A DNA stretch of 64,000 bases from a virus (IMGVR_UViG_3300024308_000006:931-64930), one strand, 5' to 3'. Positions 37,889 to 46,999 are shown, counted from the first letter of the stretch. Notes: a model not told the origin generated them from the letters alone. Numbers and translations are program-made.

Positions 37889-38121
37889 TCGATTGAATAC
37901 TCCGCGCCGCCAGTGGGAGTGAAGCGCACCGGGCCAAGCCCGAAGTTCATCAGGTGCGCACCGTCTGCAGCGAATGTGTCGGCAACTATCCAGTTGTCAC
38001 CCACCCGCTTCTCTACCGCGAGCGACCCACCATTGGCGCGGATGATCAGCATGCGAACTTGATCGCCATTGGTGTACTGCTTCACGGCCTGCGTATTCAG
38101 CTTTCTATTCGACATTGGCAT
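37885..38121 (-). CDS. hypothetical protein (78 aa)
   Basis: ORF-track ORF, coupled to the SGNH gene (ATGA overlap). Confidence 0.55.
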   Translation of the reverse strand: MPMSNRKLNTQAVKQYTNGDQVRMLIIRANGGSLAVEKRVGDNWIVADTFAADGAHLMNFGLGPVRFTPTGGAEYSIE

Positions 38122-38184
38122 TCTCCTTGGCGGCCAGCCATGTGCCGCCTATCAGTCAGCGATCCATTGGTTTTCTTACGCTGT

Positions 38185-38679
38185 TCAGTCGGCGCGCTCG
38201 CCCATGCAGGCCGCGACCGCCTCAGACGAGAGCAGCGGCACATTTGCGGCATGCGCCAGCACAGTGGTGTCGTGCTCCAGCTCCAGCGGCACGCCATTGA
38301 CCTTGATCACCGCGCCACGATTGAGGAACAAGCGCACACGCGGATCGCTCGTCGCGCAGGAGCCGCAGCCGGAGCAGGCTTTTGCCTCGGCGGCCTCAGT
38401 CTTGGCGGCCTGGCCCTGCTGGTAGGGCATCCACTCGGCGTAACCGGCATTGTCGCGCACGCTGTCGCCAGCCTGGAGCAGGGTCACGCTGCGCTTCTCG
38501 TGAGCGCCGCCGCCGTGGTCGGTGATGAGCAGATTGATCATGCGGTCGCTATGCACGAACACCACTTGCGCGGTGAACGGCTGATCGCTGCCTGGGTAGG
38601 CGAACATCCCGGCTTCAATGTCCTGGGTGCTCGGCCAGTACCAGAGAACGCGGCCAACGGTGGGCTTGATGATCGGCAT
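38185..38679 (-). CDS. hypothetical protein (164 aa)
   Basis: Start trimmed to MPIIKPTVGRVLWYW... (ATG 38679, SD AAGGAG). Confidence 0.6.
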   Translation of the reverse strand: MPIIKPTVGRVLWYWPSTQDIEAGMFAYPGSDQPFTAQVVFVHSDRMINLLITDHGGGAHEKRSVTLLQAGDSVRDNAGYAEWMPYQQGQAAKTEAAEAKACSGCGSCATSDPRVRLFLNRGAVIKVNGVPLELEHDTTVLAHAANVPLLSSEAVAACMGERAD

Positions 38680-38693
38680 GCGGTGACTCTCCT

Positions 38694-38921
38694 TTAGCTC
38701 TTGCGGTAGTAGCGCGAGCCGAACAGGCGCACGCCGATAAACATGGTCAGGCCGATGGCTCCGGCGAGCAGGCTCATAGCGCCGCTTCCGCCACTGCCGG
38801 CTACGCATGACAGCAGGCCAAGGTCGGCCTCGATGCGGCCGATCTGCGCGGCGTAGGCCGCGTCATGCGCCTGGCAGCAGGTCGCCCACCAGCCCTCTGG
38901 GAAGTGCGTGCAGTAGTCCAT
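38694..38921 (-). CDS. 75-aa membrane-anchored protein with a CCxxHDxxY motif
   Basis: MDYCTHFPEGWWATCCQAHDAAYAAQ..., then the TM segment AMSLLAGAIGLTMFIGVRLF. Confidence 0.55.
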   Translation of the reverse strand: MDYCTHFPEGWWATCCQAHDAAYAAQIGRIEADLGLLSCVAGSGGSGAMSLLAGAIGLTMFIGVRLFGSRYYRKS

Positions 38922-39095
38922 CTACTCAGCCTCCCGTGGGTGCGCGTCGATCTCGGCGCGGATTTGCTCGCGCCGCTCGATGCTCATGTCCTCCCGCTGA
39001 GCGAGCAGGGTCAGCGCCTGCTGGTACTCGGCCTGGGTAAATGGGCGGTGGTACTGGTGGCCGGCTGGCGTGCAGCCACGGCATGGCTCGCTCAT
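38922..39095 (-). CDS. hypothetical 57-aa protein (below the ORF-track cutoff)
   Basis: Manual translation: MSEPCRGCTPAGHQYHRPFTQAEYQQALTLLAQREDMSIERREQIRAEIDAHPREAE. ATGA overlap with the portal stop, and its stop abuts the next ATG. GC3-rich codons. Confidence 0.55.
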   Translation of the reverse strand: MSEPCRGCTPAGHQYHRPFTQAEYQQALTLLAQREDMSIERREQIRAEIDAHPREAE

Positions 39096-41356
39096 ACCGG
39101 AGCCCCCAGGTTGTCGGCCGGGGTTGCCGTCTCGATGCCCTGCTGCCCAGTGCCGGCCACGGCCGGGAACTGCGGGCTGGTGTTGGTTGGCGCTTCAATG
39201 CCTGCGTCACCTCCCACGGTCACGGCGCCCTCTCCCTGCACATACGGCGATGCGATGTTCATGGCGGCGGCCTGCTCGGGCACCGGGAAGTTCGGGTCTT
39301 GCCCGCCTGGTTGGTTCTGGAACCCGGCCGCCTGCATCATCTTGTCGGCGATGGGCGCGATCATCGGCATCTGCGCCACCTGCGCGCCGCCCTGCATGCT
39401 GGAGAACATCGCCTGAATCAGGGTCAGCACGGTCTTGGCGTCCATGCCGCGCATCTCGCTAGCCTGCCGCTCGGCTTTCAGGTCGAGCTCGCGCTGCTTG
39501 ATGTCGTTGCCGGCGTCCTTGAGCGCCTGCTGAATCTGCTGCTCGATCTGCTCCGGGGTCTGCTGCTGATCCACGGCGCGGATCGCCTCGACCACATCGC
39601 GCTTGAACGGCACGTCCATGAGGCTGACCAAGAACGGCAGCACTGCGGCCTGGTACTGCTGCGGCATGGCCTTGACCGCCTCGCTCATCGCGTTGAGCTG
39701 CTGGCCACGGTAGGAGTTGGTGGACGGCACGTCTTCCAGCGCCACCTTGAGCCGGGTGCGCTGCAGGTCGTTCGACAGGTACGGATAGCCGCGCTCGTCC
39801 ACCTCCGGCTTGTTGATCTGCACGGCGCGGTCAGCGGTGACGGCATCGCCCTCGATGATGATGGTGGCCGGCTCGCTACCCATATCCTCGACGATCATCG
39901 CCAACAGCAGCTCACCGATCAGCGACCTGGCGGCGCGGAAGTTGTCCATGATGTGGCCGAGCGACTGATTGCTCTGCTCCACCTGCGTCTGTTCCTGCAG
40001 GCCCGACCTTGCGGTTCCGGCCTTACCCATAAAGCCGCTGGTGATGCCGGACACGCGCTCAAAGGTGGCGCGGTTGTCGGCCAGCATCTGGTGGTGCTGA
40101 TCGGTCAGGGTGTAGTCGCGTTTGACATCGAAGCGAGCTCCAGGCTGCGCCATGTGCTGGCGGTTGAGCACGATGTCGGCGTCAGGCCGCGCAATCTGGC
40201 GCCTGAGCTGGGCATCCGTCATATCGGTGGCGCCTTCGGTACGCTCGACGCGCACCACGTTCATGCCCCAGCGCAGCTTGCTGATACCGCTGTTGAGACT
40301 GTCCTGGGCGTACTTCATGCTGCGCACATAGCCGTAGGGCACGCCGGTCGCATCTTCGCGGAAGCCGAAGAACGGGACGTAGGGGAAGTGCCGGTGGGTG
40401 TACGGCGTCGGGCCGTCGAACAGGCGGTGCGGGCCGAGCCAGTATGAGCGCCGCACGCGGGCAATGGTGGCTTGCTGGGCCTTGGCTGCGCCGCTCGCCA
40501 GTGCCACCTGGTGGTGCAGGTTCTCCGGGTCGTACTCGACCACGCGGCCGTTCGGTGTCTTGATCACCAGCACGCTCATCCAGCGCCGATACCAGACTTC
40601 GGCCAGGCAGACTTCGCGGGTGGTCGGGTTGAACCATCGGTCTTCCTGCATCGTCCATGCGCGCGCTTCATCCCAGGCATTGTTCAAGCCGGTGCTTGCG
40701 CCTCCTTCACTGTACAGGCTGTCATCCATCCACCAGCCATTGCCGCCACGGCCGCATGCCTCGATCAGCGCCTTATGCTGCGGGAAAGTCTCGGCCACGC
40801 GCTCAGGCAGCAGCCAGCGCTGACGGCGGAGCCAGCGGCATTGCTCCCAGTCGTCGCCACACTTCATGTCCCAGTGCATTTCGTTGCGATGCACGGCGCT
40901 GACGCGATACGGGTAGCGGATCGGGTCAGGATCGCGGGCCACCTCTACCCAGCCGATGCCGCAGGCGATCTGCGGGCGGAATGCCTTACTGCATGCTCGA
41001 TCGGCCTTGCTCTCGCGCTCGGCCTGGTTGAGCTTGAAATTCAGCGCGTCGGCCACGTCCTGGCCGCCAGGATCACCGTTAGGGGTGACGCGCCAGTCGG
41101 TGCGCGTGGTTGACTCATAGCCCTGCAGACTGAGCAGGGTTGGCCCGATCATGTCCTCCACTGCGGGCGGAATGCCCAGCTCGGCCTGCCGGCGCAGCAG
41201 GTCGGAGTCGAGCTGGTTGCCGTCGGCGTAGTCCATCTCCTTGTCGGCAATGGCGCGCCAGCGCGGCTGCAGCTCAATCTCGTCGTAGAGCTCCTGATAC
41301 TCGCGCAGCGATAGGGCCAGGTCATCGGTGGTCTGGTTCATGGTTGGTGTCCTCAC
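39092..41356 (-). CDS. portal protein
   Basis: 754 aa, immediately downstream of TerL and overlapping it. Called on size and gene order. Confidence 0.8.
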   Translation of the reverse strand: MRTPTMNQTTDDLALSLREYQELYDEIELQPRWRAIADKEMDYADGNQLDSDLLRRQAELGIPPAVEDMIGPTLLSLQGYESTTRTDWRVTPNGDPGGQDVADALNFKLNQAERESKADRACSKAFRPQIACGIGWVEVARDPDPIRYPYRVSAVHRNEMHWDMKCGDDWEQCRWLRRQRWLLPERVAETFPQHKALIEACGRGGNGWWMDDSLYSEGGASTGLNNAWDEARAWTMQEDRWFNPTTREVCLAEVWYRRWMSVLVIKTPNGRVVEYDPENLHHQVALASGAAKAQQATIARVRRSYWLGPHRLFDGPTPYTHRHFPYVPFFGFREDATGVPYGYVRSMKYAQDSLNSGISKLRWGMNVVRVERTEGATDMTDAQLRRQIARPDADIVLNRQHMAQPGARFDVKRDYTLTDQHHQMLADNRATFERVSGITSGFMGKAGTARSGLQEQTQVEQSNQSLGHIMDNFRAARSLIGELLLAMIVEDMGSEPATIIIEGDAVTADRAVQINKPEVDERGYPYLSNDLQRTRLKVALEDVPSTNSYRGQQLNAMSEAVKAMPQQYQAAVLPFLVSLMDVPFKRDVVEAIRAVDQQQTPEQIEQQIQQALKDAGNDIKQRELDLKAERQASEMRGMDAKTVLTLIQAMFSSMQGGAQVAQMPMIAPIADKMMQAAGFQNQPGGQDPNFPVPEQAAAMNIASPYVQGEGAVTVGGDAGIEAPTNTSPQFPAVAGTGQQGIETATPADNLGAPV

Positions 41357-42978
41357 AGGCGCCAGTCAGGCGCCTCGGCTTCTACATAGGTGGATGGCCT
41401 GGTGGTGGCGGTGTGCAGCATCCCCAGCTCCTTGGCTTGCGCCCACTGGCGGAAGGCGTCGGCGCCTTCGCTGCAGCCGTTGCTCTTGTCCGGCTGGTCG
41501 GTGTAGCGGTTGTCCGCGCGGCTGAAACGCTTGCGGTAGCCCTCCAGGCGCTGAATGCCCTTGGCGCAGCCGGTTTCGTCGATCCAGGCGGCCTTCATGT
41601 GCTTGCGCACCTGGCTGACGCCCGTGACCAGCTCAGTGATCAGCGGCACGATGGCGAATCGCTCGCCCGGCATCAGGTCTTGCAGCATCTCCATCGTGCT
41701 GCGGTTGTAGTCCGAGAGGCGCTTGTGGTTGGCGTCGTGCGGCAGGTAGTGAGTGCCGAACACATAGCCTTTCTCGCGCAGCTCGCGGACGTAGTGGCGC
41801 AGGTCTTCACCGTGCGCCTCGTAGTAGCTGATGAAGCGATCCTCGCCGCGCAGCTCTTGGTGGAACCAGATCGCGCAGCCGTCGCTGTTGCCGATGTCCC
41901 AGAAGGTGTTGACCGGCATATCCAGCTCCGGCACGCGGCACACGCCGCCGCGCTTGCGCAGGGCCAGCATGTCCTTGGCGTACCAGTTGCCGACGGTGCT
42001 GACCTGGAAGGCTTCGGATGGGAAGGACGGGTACTCCTGCCACATTTTTTCTTCGGCGCCGGAGAAGTCGGCGCGCTTCGTGGCGACGTACCAGGCGCGC
42101 TGATCCGGGTCGATGGTGATGCGCTCGCCCATGTCGCGCAGGACGGTGGTCTCAACCAGGTCGAAGTATTCGTGTTCTTCCTGGGTAATCTCGACCGTGG
42201 ACGCATCCATGCGGTACTTCGGCTCTTGCCACCAGGCGTAGAAGTGCATGCGGTAGTCGCGCGGGGTGAGCTTCTTGCGGCTGGCATGGTTGGCCTCGGC
42301 AATGCTGACCATCTTGAAGAACTCGCCTTCGCGTCCTTCCGCCGTGCTCTCGATCACCAGAATGCCGTTGGTGGGCACGGCCGGGATGGAGCCGGTGACG
42401 ACCTCCTGCGCCTTGTCAGGGTATTTGGCGCAGATTTTCCCGAACTCGGAAACGTGCAGGCGGTGGATCGTGCCAGAGCGCATCGACGTGGCCACGCGGA
42501 CGCTGCTGTTGTTGTGCGCAAATAACAGCTCGGTCGCCGAGTCGCGCGCCAGCGGGAAGCGCTCGCGGATTTCGTCGGGCAGGTTGGCATAGGCGAACTT
42601 AACCTTGTCGCGGAAGATCGCTTCGGCCGCCTCTCGATCCTGGGCGATGATGCCGCAGCGCTGGTCGCCATTGAACAGCGCATGATCCAGCCACATGATC
42701 GCAACCAGGGTGGTGAAGCCGATCTGTCGCGCCTTGAGAATCAGGTTGCGGTGCCAGAGCCTGCGGATAAAGCGCCTCTGCGCGCGGTTGGGCTTGAACG
42801 GCAGGACAAAGCTGTCGCCTTCCTCGATGCTGCCGTCGGCGCCGATCTTGTCGTCACCCTTGATCATGATCTTGTACAGGCAGCCGCTGAACAGTCGCCA
42901 CTCAGGGTCGGCCAGGCAGCGCGCAAGCTCGGCCGCATCCGTGGGCAGCGGCAGCAATGCTTGGTCTTGGACGATCAT
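41353..42978 (-). CDS. terL: terminase large subunit
   Basis: 541 aa. ATPase-like segment RNLILKARQIGFTTLVAIMWLD. Overlaps TerS and the portal gene. Confidence 0.85.
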   Translation of the reverse strand: MIVQDQALLPLPTDAAELARCLADPEWRLFSGCLYKIMIKGDDKIGADGSIEEGDSFVLPFKPNRAQRRFIRRLWHRNLILKARQIGFTTLVAIMWLDHALFNGDQRCGIIAQDREAAEAIFRDKVKFAYANLPDEIRERFPLARDSATELLFAHNNSSVRVATSMRSGTIHRLHVSEFGKICAKYPDKAQEVVTGSIPAVPTNGILVIESTAEGREGEFFKMVSIAEANHASRKKLTPRDYRMHFYAWWQEPKYRMDASTVEITQEEHEYFDLVETTVLRDMGERITIDPDQRAWYVATKRADFSGAEEKMWQEYPSFPSEAFQVSTVGNWYAKDMLALRKRGGVCRVPELDMPVNTFWDIGNSDGCAIWFHQELRGEDRFISYYEAHGEDLRHYVRELREKGYVFGTHYLPHDANHKRLSDYNRSTMEMLQDLMPGERFAIVPLITELVTGVSQVRKHMKAAWIDETGCAKGIQRLEGYRKRFSRADNRYTDQPDKSNGCSEGADAFRQWAQAKELGMLHTATTRPSTYVEAEAPDWRL

Positions 42979-43718
42979 TCGTCGTCGCCCTTGGCGTGGT
43001 CGGGGTCGTCCGCCACCGGCACGAAGGCGTTACCGCTGGTCTTGGCGATACCGTGCAGCAGCGACGTGAGCGCATCCACCGGCGCGTTGTCCTTGTCGTC
43101 CAGGCCGAAGGCTTGGCGCTCCAGGGCAACCAGCACGCGCAGCGACTCGCCCAAGTCCTTCATGGTCTTGGCGCGGCCAGGCAGGCTGATGATCTTGTGG
43201 TACAGGTCGTTGAGCTTGTCCTGGCCCTTGTCGTCATCGTTGCGCAGTAGTTCGCCCATCTGCTCCAGCAGGTAGACGTTCTCGGCGCCGGTCTGGTACT
43301 CCAGCTCTTCCAGCAGGCGCATGGTGATGCCGCGCGTGCGCTGAATGTCCTTGCGGTGCGCCAGCTTCACGGCAGCGACAGCCTGGGCGTTGGCCTCGAT
43401 GGTTTCGCGCTCGGAAACAGCGCTTACCGTGTTAACACCCGTGTTAACCGTGGCCTTGTTAACCAGCTCGTCGGCCTTGGCCTGAATCTTCGCGGCCAGG
43501 TCGCGCACCCATCCTTCCTTCTTGGCGCGCTTGCTGATGGTGACGTGGCTGACGCCTGATCCATCGGCAATCTCGCGCAGACTCTTAACGCCGGCACGGT
43601 AGTCCAGCTCGATGCGCTCCCAGTCGGGCGCGGGCGTACCTGCCGCCTTGCTGGTGGGCTTGGAGGGTGTCAGGGTGCTTGGAGCGGCGCCGGGCGCCTT
43701 GTCGTCTGTGCTGGCCAT
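42975..43718 (-). CDS. terS: terminase small subunit
   Basis: 247 aa with the HTH SLREIADGSGVSHVTISKRAKKEGW. 4-nt overlap with TerL. Confidence 0.7.
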   Translation of the reverse strand: MASTDDKAPGAAPSTLTPSKPTSKAAGTPAPDWERIELDYRAGVKSLREIADGSGVSHVTISKRAKKEGWVRDLAAKIQAKADELVNKATVNTGVNTVSAVSERETIEANAQAVAAVKLAHRKDIQRTRGITMRLLEELEYQTGAENVYLLEQMGELLRNDDDKGQDKLNDLYHKIISLPGRAKTMKDLGESLRVLVALERQAFGLDDKDNAPVDALTSLLHGIAKTSGNAFVPVADDPDHAKGDDE

Positions 43719-43754
43719 AGGCGGCCAGTCTTGGGAGGCAGGGCCGGGTTATCC

Positions 43755-43770
43755 AGCCCTATAGGGGTGG
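43755..43770 (-). promoter_or_regulatory. late intergenic palindromic motif, copy 4 (minus strand CCACCCCTATAGGGCT)
   Basis: Lies 37 nt upstream of the TerS ATG, at the head of the late operon. Confidence 0.45.
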
Positions 43771-43796
43771 CGTTGCGCGCGGGATTGTGAGGGCTG

Positions 43797-43979
43797 TTAC
43801 TCGTCTATCGCCTGGCTCACCTGCGGTTGCAGTTTCTGCCACGCGCGGTAGTAGACGTTCAGGTCGCTGTGTGGCTCGCCCATGCCTTGCGCCAGCATGA
43901 TGCTGACCGCGACCAGCTCGCTGCTGGTCAGGTCATCGGGGCTCTCGCCGTCAGGGACTTCGATCAGTCTCCAGGCCAT
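43797..43979 (-). CDS. hypothetical protein (60 aa)
   Basis: ORF-track ORF on the same strand as its neighbours. Confidence 0.45.
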   Translation of the reverse strand: MAWRLIEVPDGESPDDLTSSELVAVSIMLAQGMGEPHSDLNVYYRAWQKLQPQVSQAIDE

Positions 43980-44049
43980 GATGTGGCGCCTCCTGGCGCT
44001 ATGTGGTGGTGTGCGGCTACTGCGCGCTCACGGCCAGTACAGGATCGCA

Positions 44050-44370
44050 CTACTCGGCGATGAACTCCACGAGCATGACTTCGATGCTGCTCGGGCCTAT
44101 CTGTACTGTGCGCTCGGCAGTGACCGACTCAGTAGCGCCGTGACCAGGGAACTGCGCGGCATTCAGCGCCAGGCTGTTGGCGACGTAGCCGGCCAGTGCG
44201 CCGGTGGCGCCGGGGTCATAGGCGTCCAGGCGCATGGCGGCGCAGAGCATGCCGCCTTCAACCTCAACAGCGACTGTCAGGATCAGCTCGCCCTCTTCTG
44301 CGGTGACTTGGTAGTGGGTCTGGCTCTGTATCTGCATTTCGCCCTCCTGGGCATGGGTTGTTTGTGTCAC
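44050..44370 (-). CDS. hypothetical protein (106 aa)
   Basis: ORF-track ORF. The start is uncertain. Confidence 0.5.
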   Translation of the reverse strand: MTQTTHAQEGEMQIQSQTHYQVTAEEGELILTVAVEVEGGMLCAAMRLDAYDPGATGALAGYVANSLALNAAQFPGHGATESVTAERTVQIGPSSIEVMLVEFIAE

Positions 44371-44379
44371 GCTCGGCCG

Positions 44380-44862
44380 TCACGCGCTCGCGGGATCGAC
44401 CAGGCTGCTCAGGTGCGCGATGTGGCGGCGCATTTCCTTGAGCTGCATTGCGAGCTCTTTGTTGGCGTGGGCGGCCTGGTGGCCCATTTCGATGGCGACA
44501 AACTGCTGCGCGGCGCCGGCCATTGCCTCGCCCACCATGCGCGCCTCGCGCGGCGAGAGGATCAGCACCTGCTCGCCAATCTCCAGCACGCTGGTGCCGT
44601 CAGGGAGCAGGGATCTGCTGACGTGGCGGGCGGGCTTGTGCTGCTCGGCCGGGACGTATACGCCGCGCTGCACCCGCACGATGCGGCCGTTGTTCTCCAG
44701 ATACGCCAGGCGGTCGTCGATCTGCGTCTTGGTCATGTCGGCCAGCCCAGCATTGGCCGCCAGCGTCTCGCGCGTGACGATCTGCTCCTGGGTGTGCATG
44801 TCCTGTATAGCCTCCAGCAGAATGTCAGCGCTCGATTTGTCCTGATTGATCGGCCTTTTCAT
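44380..44862 (-). CDS. winged-helix-like DNA-binding protein (candidate late regulator)
   Basis: 160 aa. The N-terminus ILLEAIQDMHTQEQIVTRETLAANAGL...RLAYLENNGRIVRVQRGVYVP looks winged-helix-like. It is the last sizeable gene before the late operon. Confidence 0.4.
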   Translation of the reverse strand: MKRPINQDKSSADILLEAIQDMHTQEQIVTRETLAANAGLADMTKTQIDDRLAYLENNGRIVRVQRGVYVPAEQHKPARHVSRSLLPDGTSVLEIGEQVLILSPREARMVGEAMAGAAQQFVAIEMGHQAAHANKELAMQLKEMRRHIAHLSSLVDPASA

Positions 44863-44864
44863 GC

Positions 44865-45470
44865 TTACTCCCCCCTGGCTCGCTGTAGTTTTCGTGTCAT
44901 TGCTCGGTACTGCGCCTTGATCTGTTTCAGATCGTCGATGCTGTAGTGCTTCGGCTCGTGCGGGCCTTCCAGCCAGGCCACCGCCTCGGCGCCGATCCTG
45001 GCAATCAGGCCGATGCGGTACTCGATCAGGTTGCCGGACTTACCCATGTTGCAGTTCCGATTGCACTGCAGATGCACGTTCAGCGGCTCGAAGCGCAGTT
45101 CTGGGCATGCCTGGGTGGTTCGGTAATGCCCGGCCGCGTACTGCACGTTCGCGGTAGTCCCGCAACTGATACACGGCTGGCCGTAGTCGCGCTCGCGCAC
45201 CCAGCTGTTGAAGGCAGCCTGGGCCTCCTTCATGTGCTCCGCACGGCCCTTGAGTTTTTCCTTGCGGGCCTTGATGGCTTTGCGCTCAATCTTGGCCAGG
45301 GCGGTGCGCTCCTTCTTCTGCTTGTCGCGGGCGATAGTCACGCCACACTCAGGGCTGCACCACGACTGGAAAGGCTGCGCCGGTACGAACGGTTTGCGGC
45401 AGGCGCGCACGGCGCACTTCTTCGACTTACCGCTCAGGGCTTTCAGGGGCTTACGGGTGGCCAGGGTCAT
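44865..45470 (-). CDS. ninG: NinG/Rap-family recombination endonuclease
   Basis: KCAVRACRKPF...QSWCSPECG...CISCG...AGHY...NVHLQCNRNCNMGKSGN matches the lambda NinG pattern. Confidence 0.75.
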   Translation of the reverse strand: MTLATRKPLKALSGKSKKCAVRACRKPFVPAQPFQSWCSPECGVTIARDKQKKERTALAKIERKAIKARKEKLKGRAEHMKEAQAAFNSWVRERDYGQPCISCGTTANVQYAAGHYRTTQACPELRFEPLNVHLQCNRNCNMGKSGNLIEYRIGLIARIGAEAVAWLEGPHEPKHYSIDDLKQIKAQYRAMTRKLQRARGE

Positions 45471-45685
45471 GCTCTCGCCCTCTCGTCCGCGTCGATCAGC
45501 TTGGCCACCTGCAGGCGGTCGGGCGTGTAGAGGCTCGGCGCCTTACCGCCTGGGCGCGTGATCCCGTAGGTAACTTCTGGCGTGCGGAACTCGGCCACCG
45601 TGTAGCCGGCGCTGGTTTCCCAGCAGCCTGGCTTGATGTTGCCATCGGCGTCGCGCTTTGGGCGCCACTTGATTGCCTGAGTCAT
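45467..45685 (-). CDS. hypothetical protein (72 aa)
   Basis: ORF-track ORF, coupled to its neighbours. Confidence 0.5.
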   Translation of the reverse strand: MTQAIKWRPKRDADGNIKPGCWETSAGYTVAEFRTPEVTYGITRPGGKAPSLYTPDRLQVAKLIDADERARA

Positions 45686-45915
45686 GTGCGGCCACCTTTA
45701 GCGGCCTGGGCCTGCAGGCAGCGCAACCGCTGTTTGCGTGCCAGCTTGCGCAGTGCACGCTCCTGGCATTTGCCGGGATCGGGCAGGCCGCGGTTCAAGT
45801 CGTAGCTCGTCTCGAAGGCACGGCGACGTGTTGGCAGGATCGCCGGCGCATGGCTGACACCCAGCACCGCGGCCAGTGCAACCGCTTTCAAGATGCAGAA
45901 CAGAAAATTGCTCAC
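45682..45915 (-). CDS. small membrane/secreted protein (77 aa, GTG start)
   Basis: GTG at 45915 preceded by GGGAGGTGG. VSNFLFCILKAVALAAVLGVSHA looks like a signal or TM segment. GTGA overlap with the NinB stop. Confidence 0.5.
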   Translation of the reverse strand: MSNFLFCILKAVALAAVLGVSHAPAILPTRRRAFETSYDLNRGLPDPGKCQERALRKLARKQRLRCLQAQAAKGGRT

Positions 45916-46385
45916 GCTGCCACCTCCCACTGCTCGGGCATTGCGCCTTTGGGTTCGCCCCACTTGACGCCCTGGTCGGCGCCGAACGCATACATGAACT
46001 CGATCAGCTCCCCCAGTTCGGCCACGCTCATGCGCTTGGTGCTCACGCCGAGCAGGACAAAGCCGCCGTTGATCCCGGCCGCCATGCGCACTTCCTGGCG
46101 CACGGTGGCGGTCATGATGTTTTTCCAGTCCTCGGCGTCGAGGTGTTGCATCACCCCGTTGACTGCCCACGGCACTTGCCGGGCGATGTCGCCCAACATG
46201 GCCCACAGCTTGGCGTTCTGCTCCAGGGTGCGGCGGGACTTCACCGGGCGGACGATGACCTCGACGGCGTGCTCGACGGCCAGCTCAGTGGCGAACAGGT
46301 AGGCCAGCTTGAACACGTCGCGCACGCGATTTACGCCAGGGCTGAACCAGTGGCGCGCCTTCGGGGATTGAATGACGCTACCCAT
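45912..46385 (-). CDS. ninB: NinB/Orf-family recombination mediator
   Basis: RTLEQNAKLWAMLGDIARQVPW...EDWKNIMTA...STKRMSVAELGELIEFMYAFGADQGVKW parallels lambda NinB (RSLDQNRKLWACLGDVSRQVEW...). Confidence 0.8.
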   Translation of the reverse strand: MGSVIQSPKARHWFSPGVNRVRDVFKLAYLFATELAVEHAVEVIVRPVKSRRTLEQNAKLWAMLGDIARQVPWAVNGVMQHLDAEDWKNIMTATVRQEVRMAAGINGGFVLLGVSTKRMSVAELGELIEFMYAFGADQGVKWGEPKGAMPEQWEVAA

Positions 46386-46572
46386 TGATCAGCACCCCGC
46401 CGCGAACAATCTTCTTTTGCCCCTCGCGGCTCAGGCGCACGCCATCGGCTTTTCGCTCCAGCACCCAGCCGTTGATGAGCATCCAATCGACATCAAGGCG
46501 CATCTGCGGGTACAGGCGCTGGCCGTTCTTGGTCTGGTCTGGGGTGTATTCGATTGCGGGGAGGTCAGTCAT
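46378..46572 (-). CDS. hypothetical protein (64 aa)
   Basis: ORF-track ORF, coupled to its neighbours. Confidence 0.45.
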   Translation of the reverse strand: MTDLPAIEYTPDQTKNGQRLYPQMRLDVDWMLINGWVLERKADGVRLSREGQKKIVRGGVLING

Positions 46573-46877
46573 GGCCGCTCCCCTTCTACTGGAGTCATCC
46601 AGTCGGACTTATGCTCGAGCAGGGTAAGCTCCCAACCTGGCGCTATCTCGCACATGCCGAATTCGCCGTACTGGCCGGAAAAGTAATGCGCCTCGTACAG
46701 ATACAAGCCTTCGCCATGCTCGAATTCTTGTTCCTCCCTGAGGCTCTTTTCGATCTCTTCGAGAGCAGCCAGCGATATGCGACCGTTGATTGCGCAGACG
46801 AATGGTTCTTCGCCGCCTTCTAAACGCAGCACTTCGATAACCACACCGCTTTTGTTAAATAGCTCGCCGGACATCAC
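46569..46877 (-). CDS. hypothetical protein (102 aa, lower GC)
   Basis: ORF-track ORF with ATGA overlaps on both sides. Confidence 0.55.
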   Translation of the reverse strand: MMSGELFNKSGVVIEVLRLEGGEEPFVCAINGRISLAALEEIEKSLREEQEFEHGEGLYLYEAHYFSGQYGEFGMCEIAPGWELTLLEHKSDWMTPVEGERP

Positions 46878-46999
46878 TCCACCTCCGCATTCGGCCAGAT
46901 CGAGCGAGCCACGGTCAGCGGATCGTCAGCGTCATCCATCAGGATCATCGAGAACGGCACCCGCCCTGGCAGCAGCACCTTCCAGCAGCGCTTGCTCAT
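46874..46999 (-). CDS. hypothetical 41-aa protein
   Basis: ATG 46999 preceded by GGAGGG. ATGA overlap with the P-like gene stop. MSKRCWKVLLPGRVPFSMILMDDADDPLTVARSIWPNAEVE. Confidence 0.4.
   Translation of the reverse strand: MSKRCWKVLLPGRVPFSMILMDDADDPLTVARSIWPNAEVE

Noticed and set aside
43755-43770. Resemblance of the late motif (CCTATAGGGCT) to T7-type single-subunit RNAP promoters (CACTATAGGGAGA).
   Set aside because: Only about 14 nt are conserved between copies, versus about 20 for ssRNAP promoters. No T7-like RNAP gene is present in the window, and I could not spot RNAP motifs (Rx3Kx7YG etc.) in the giant protein. Kept only as a remote alternative within the motif finding.
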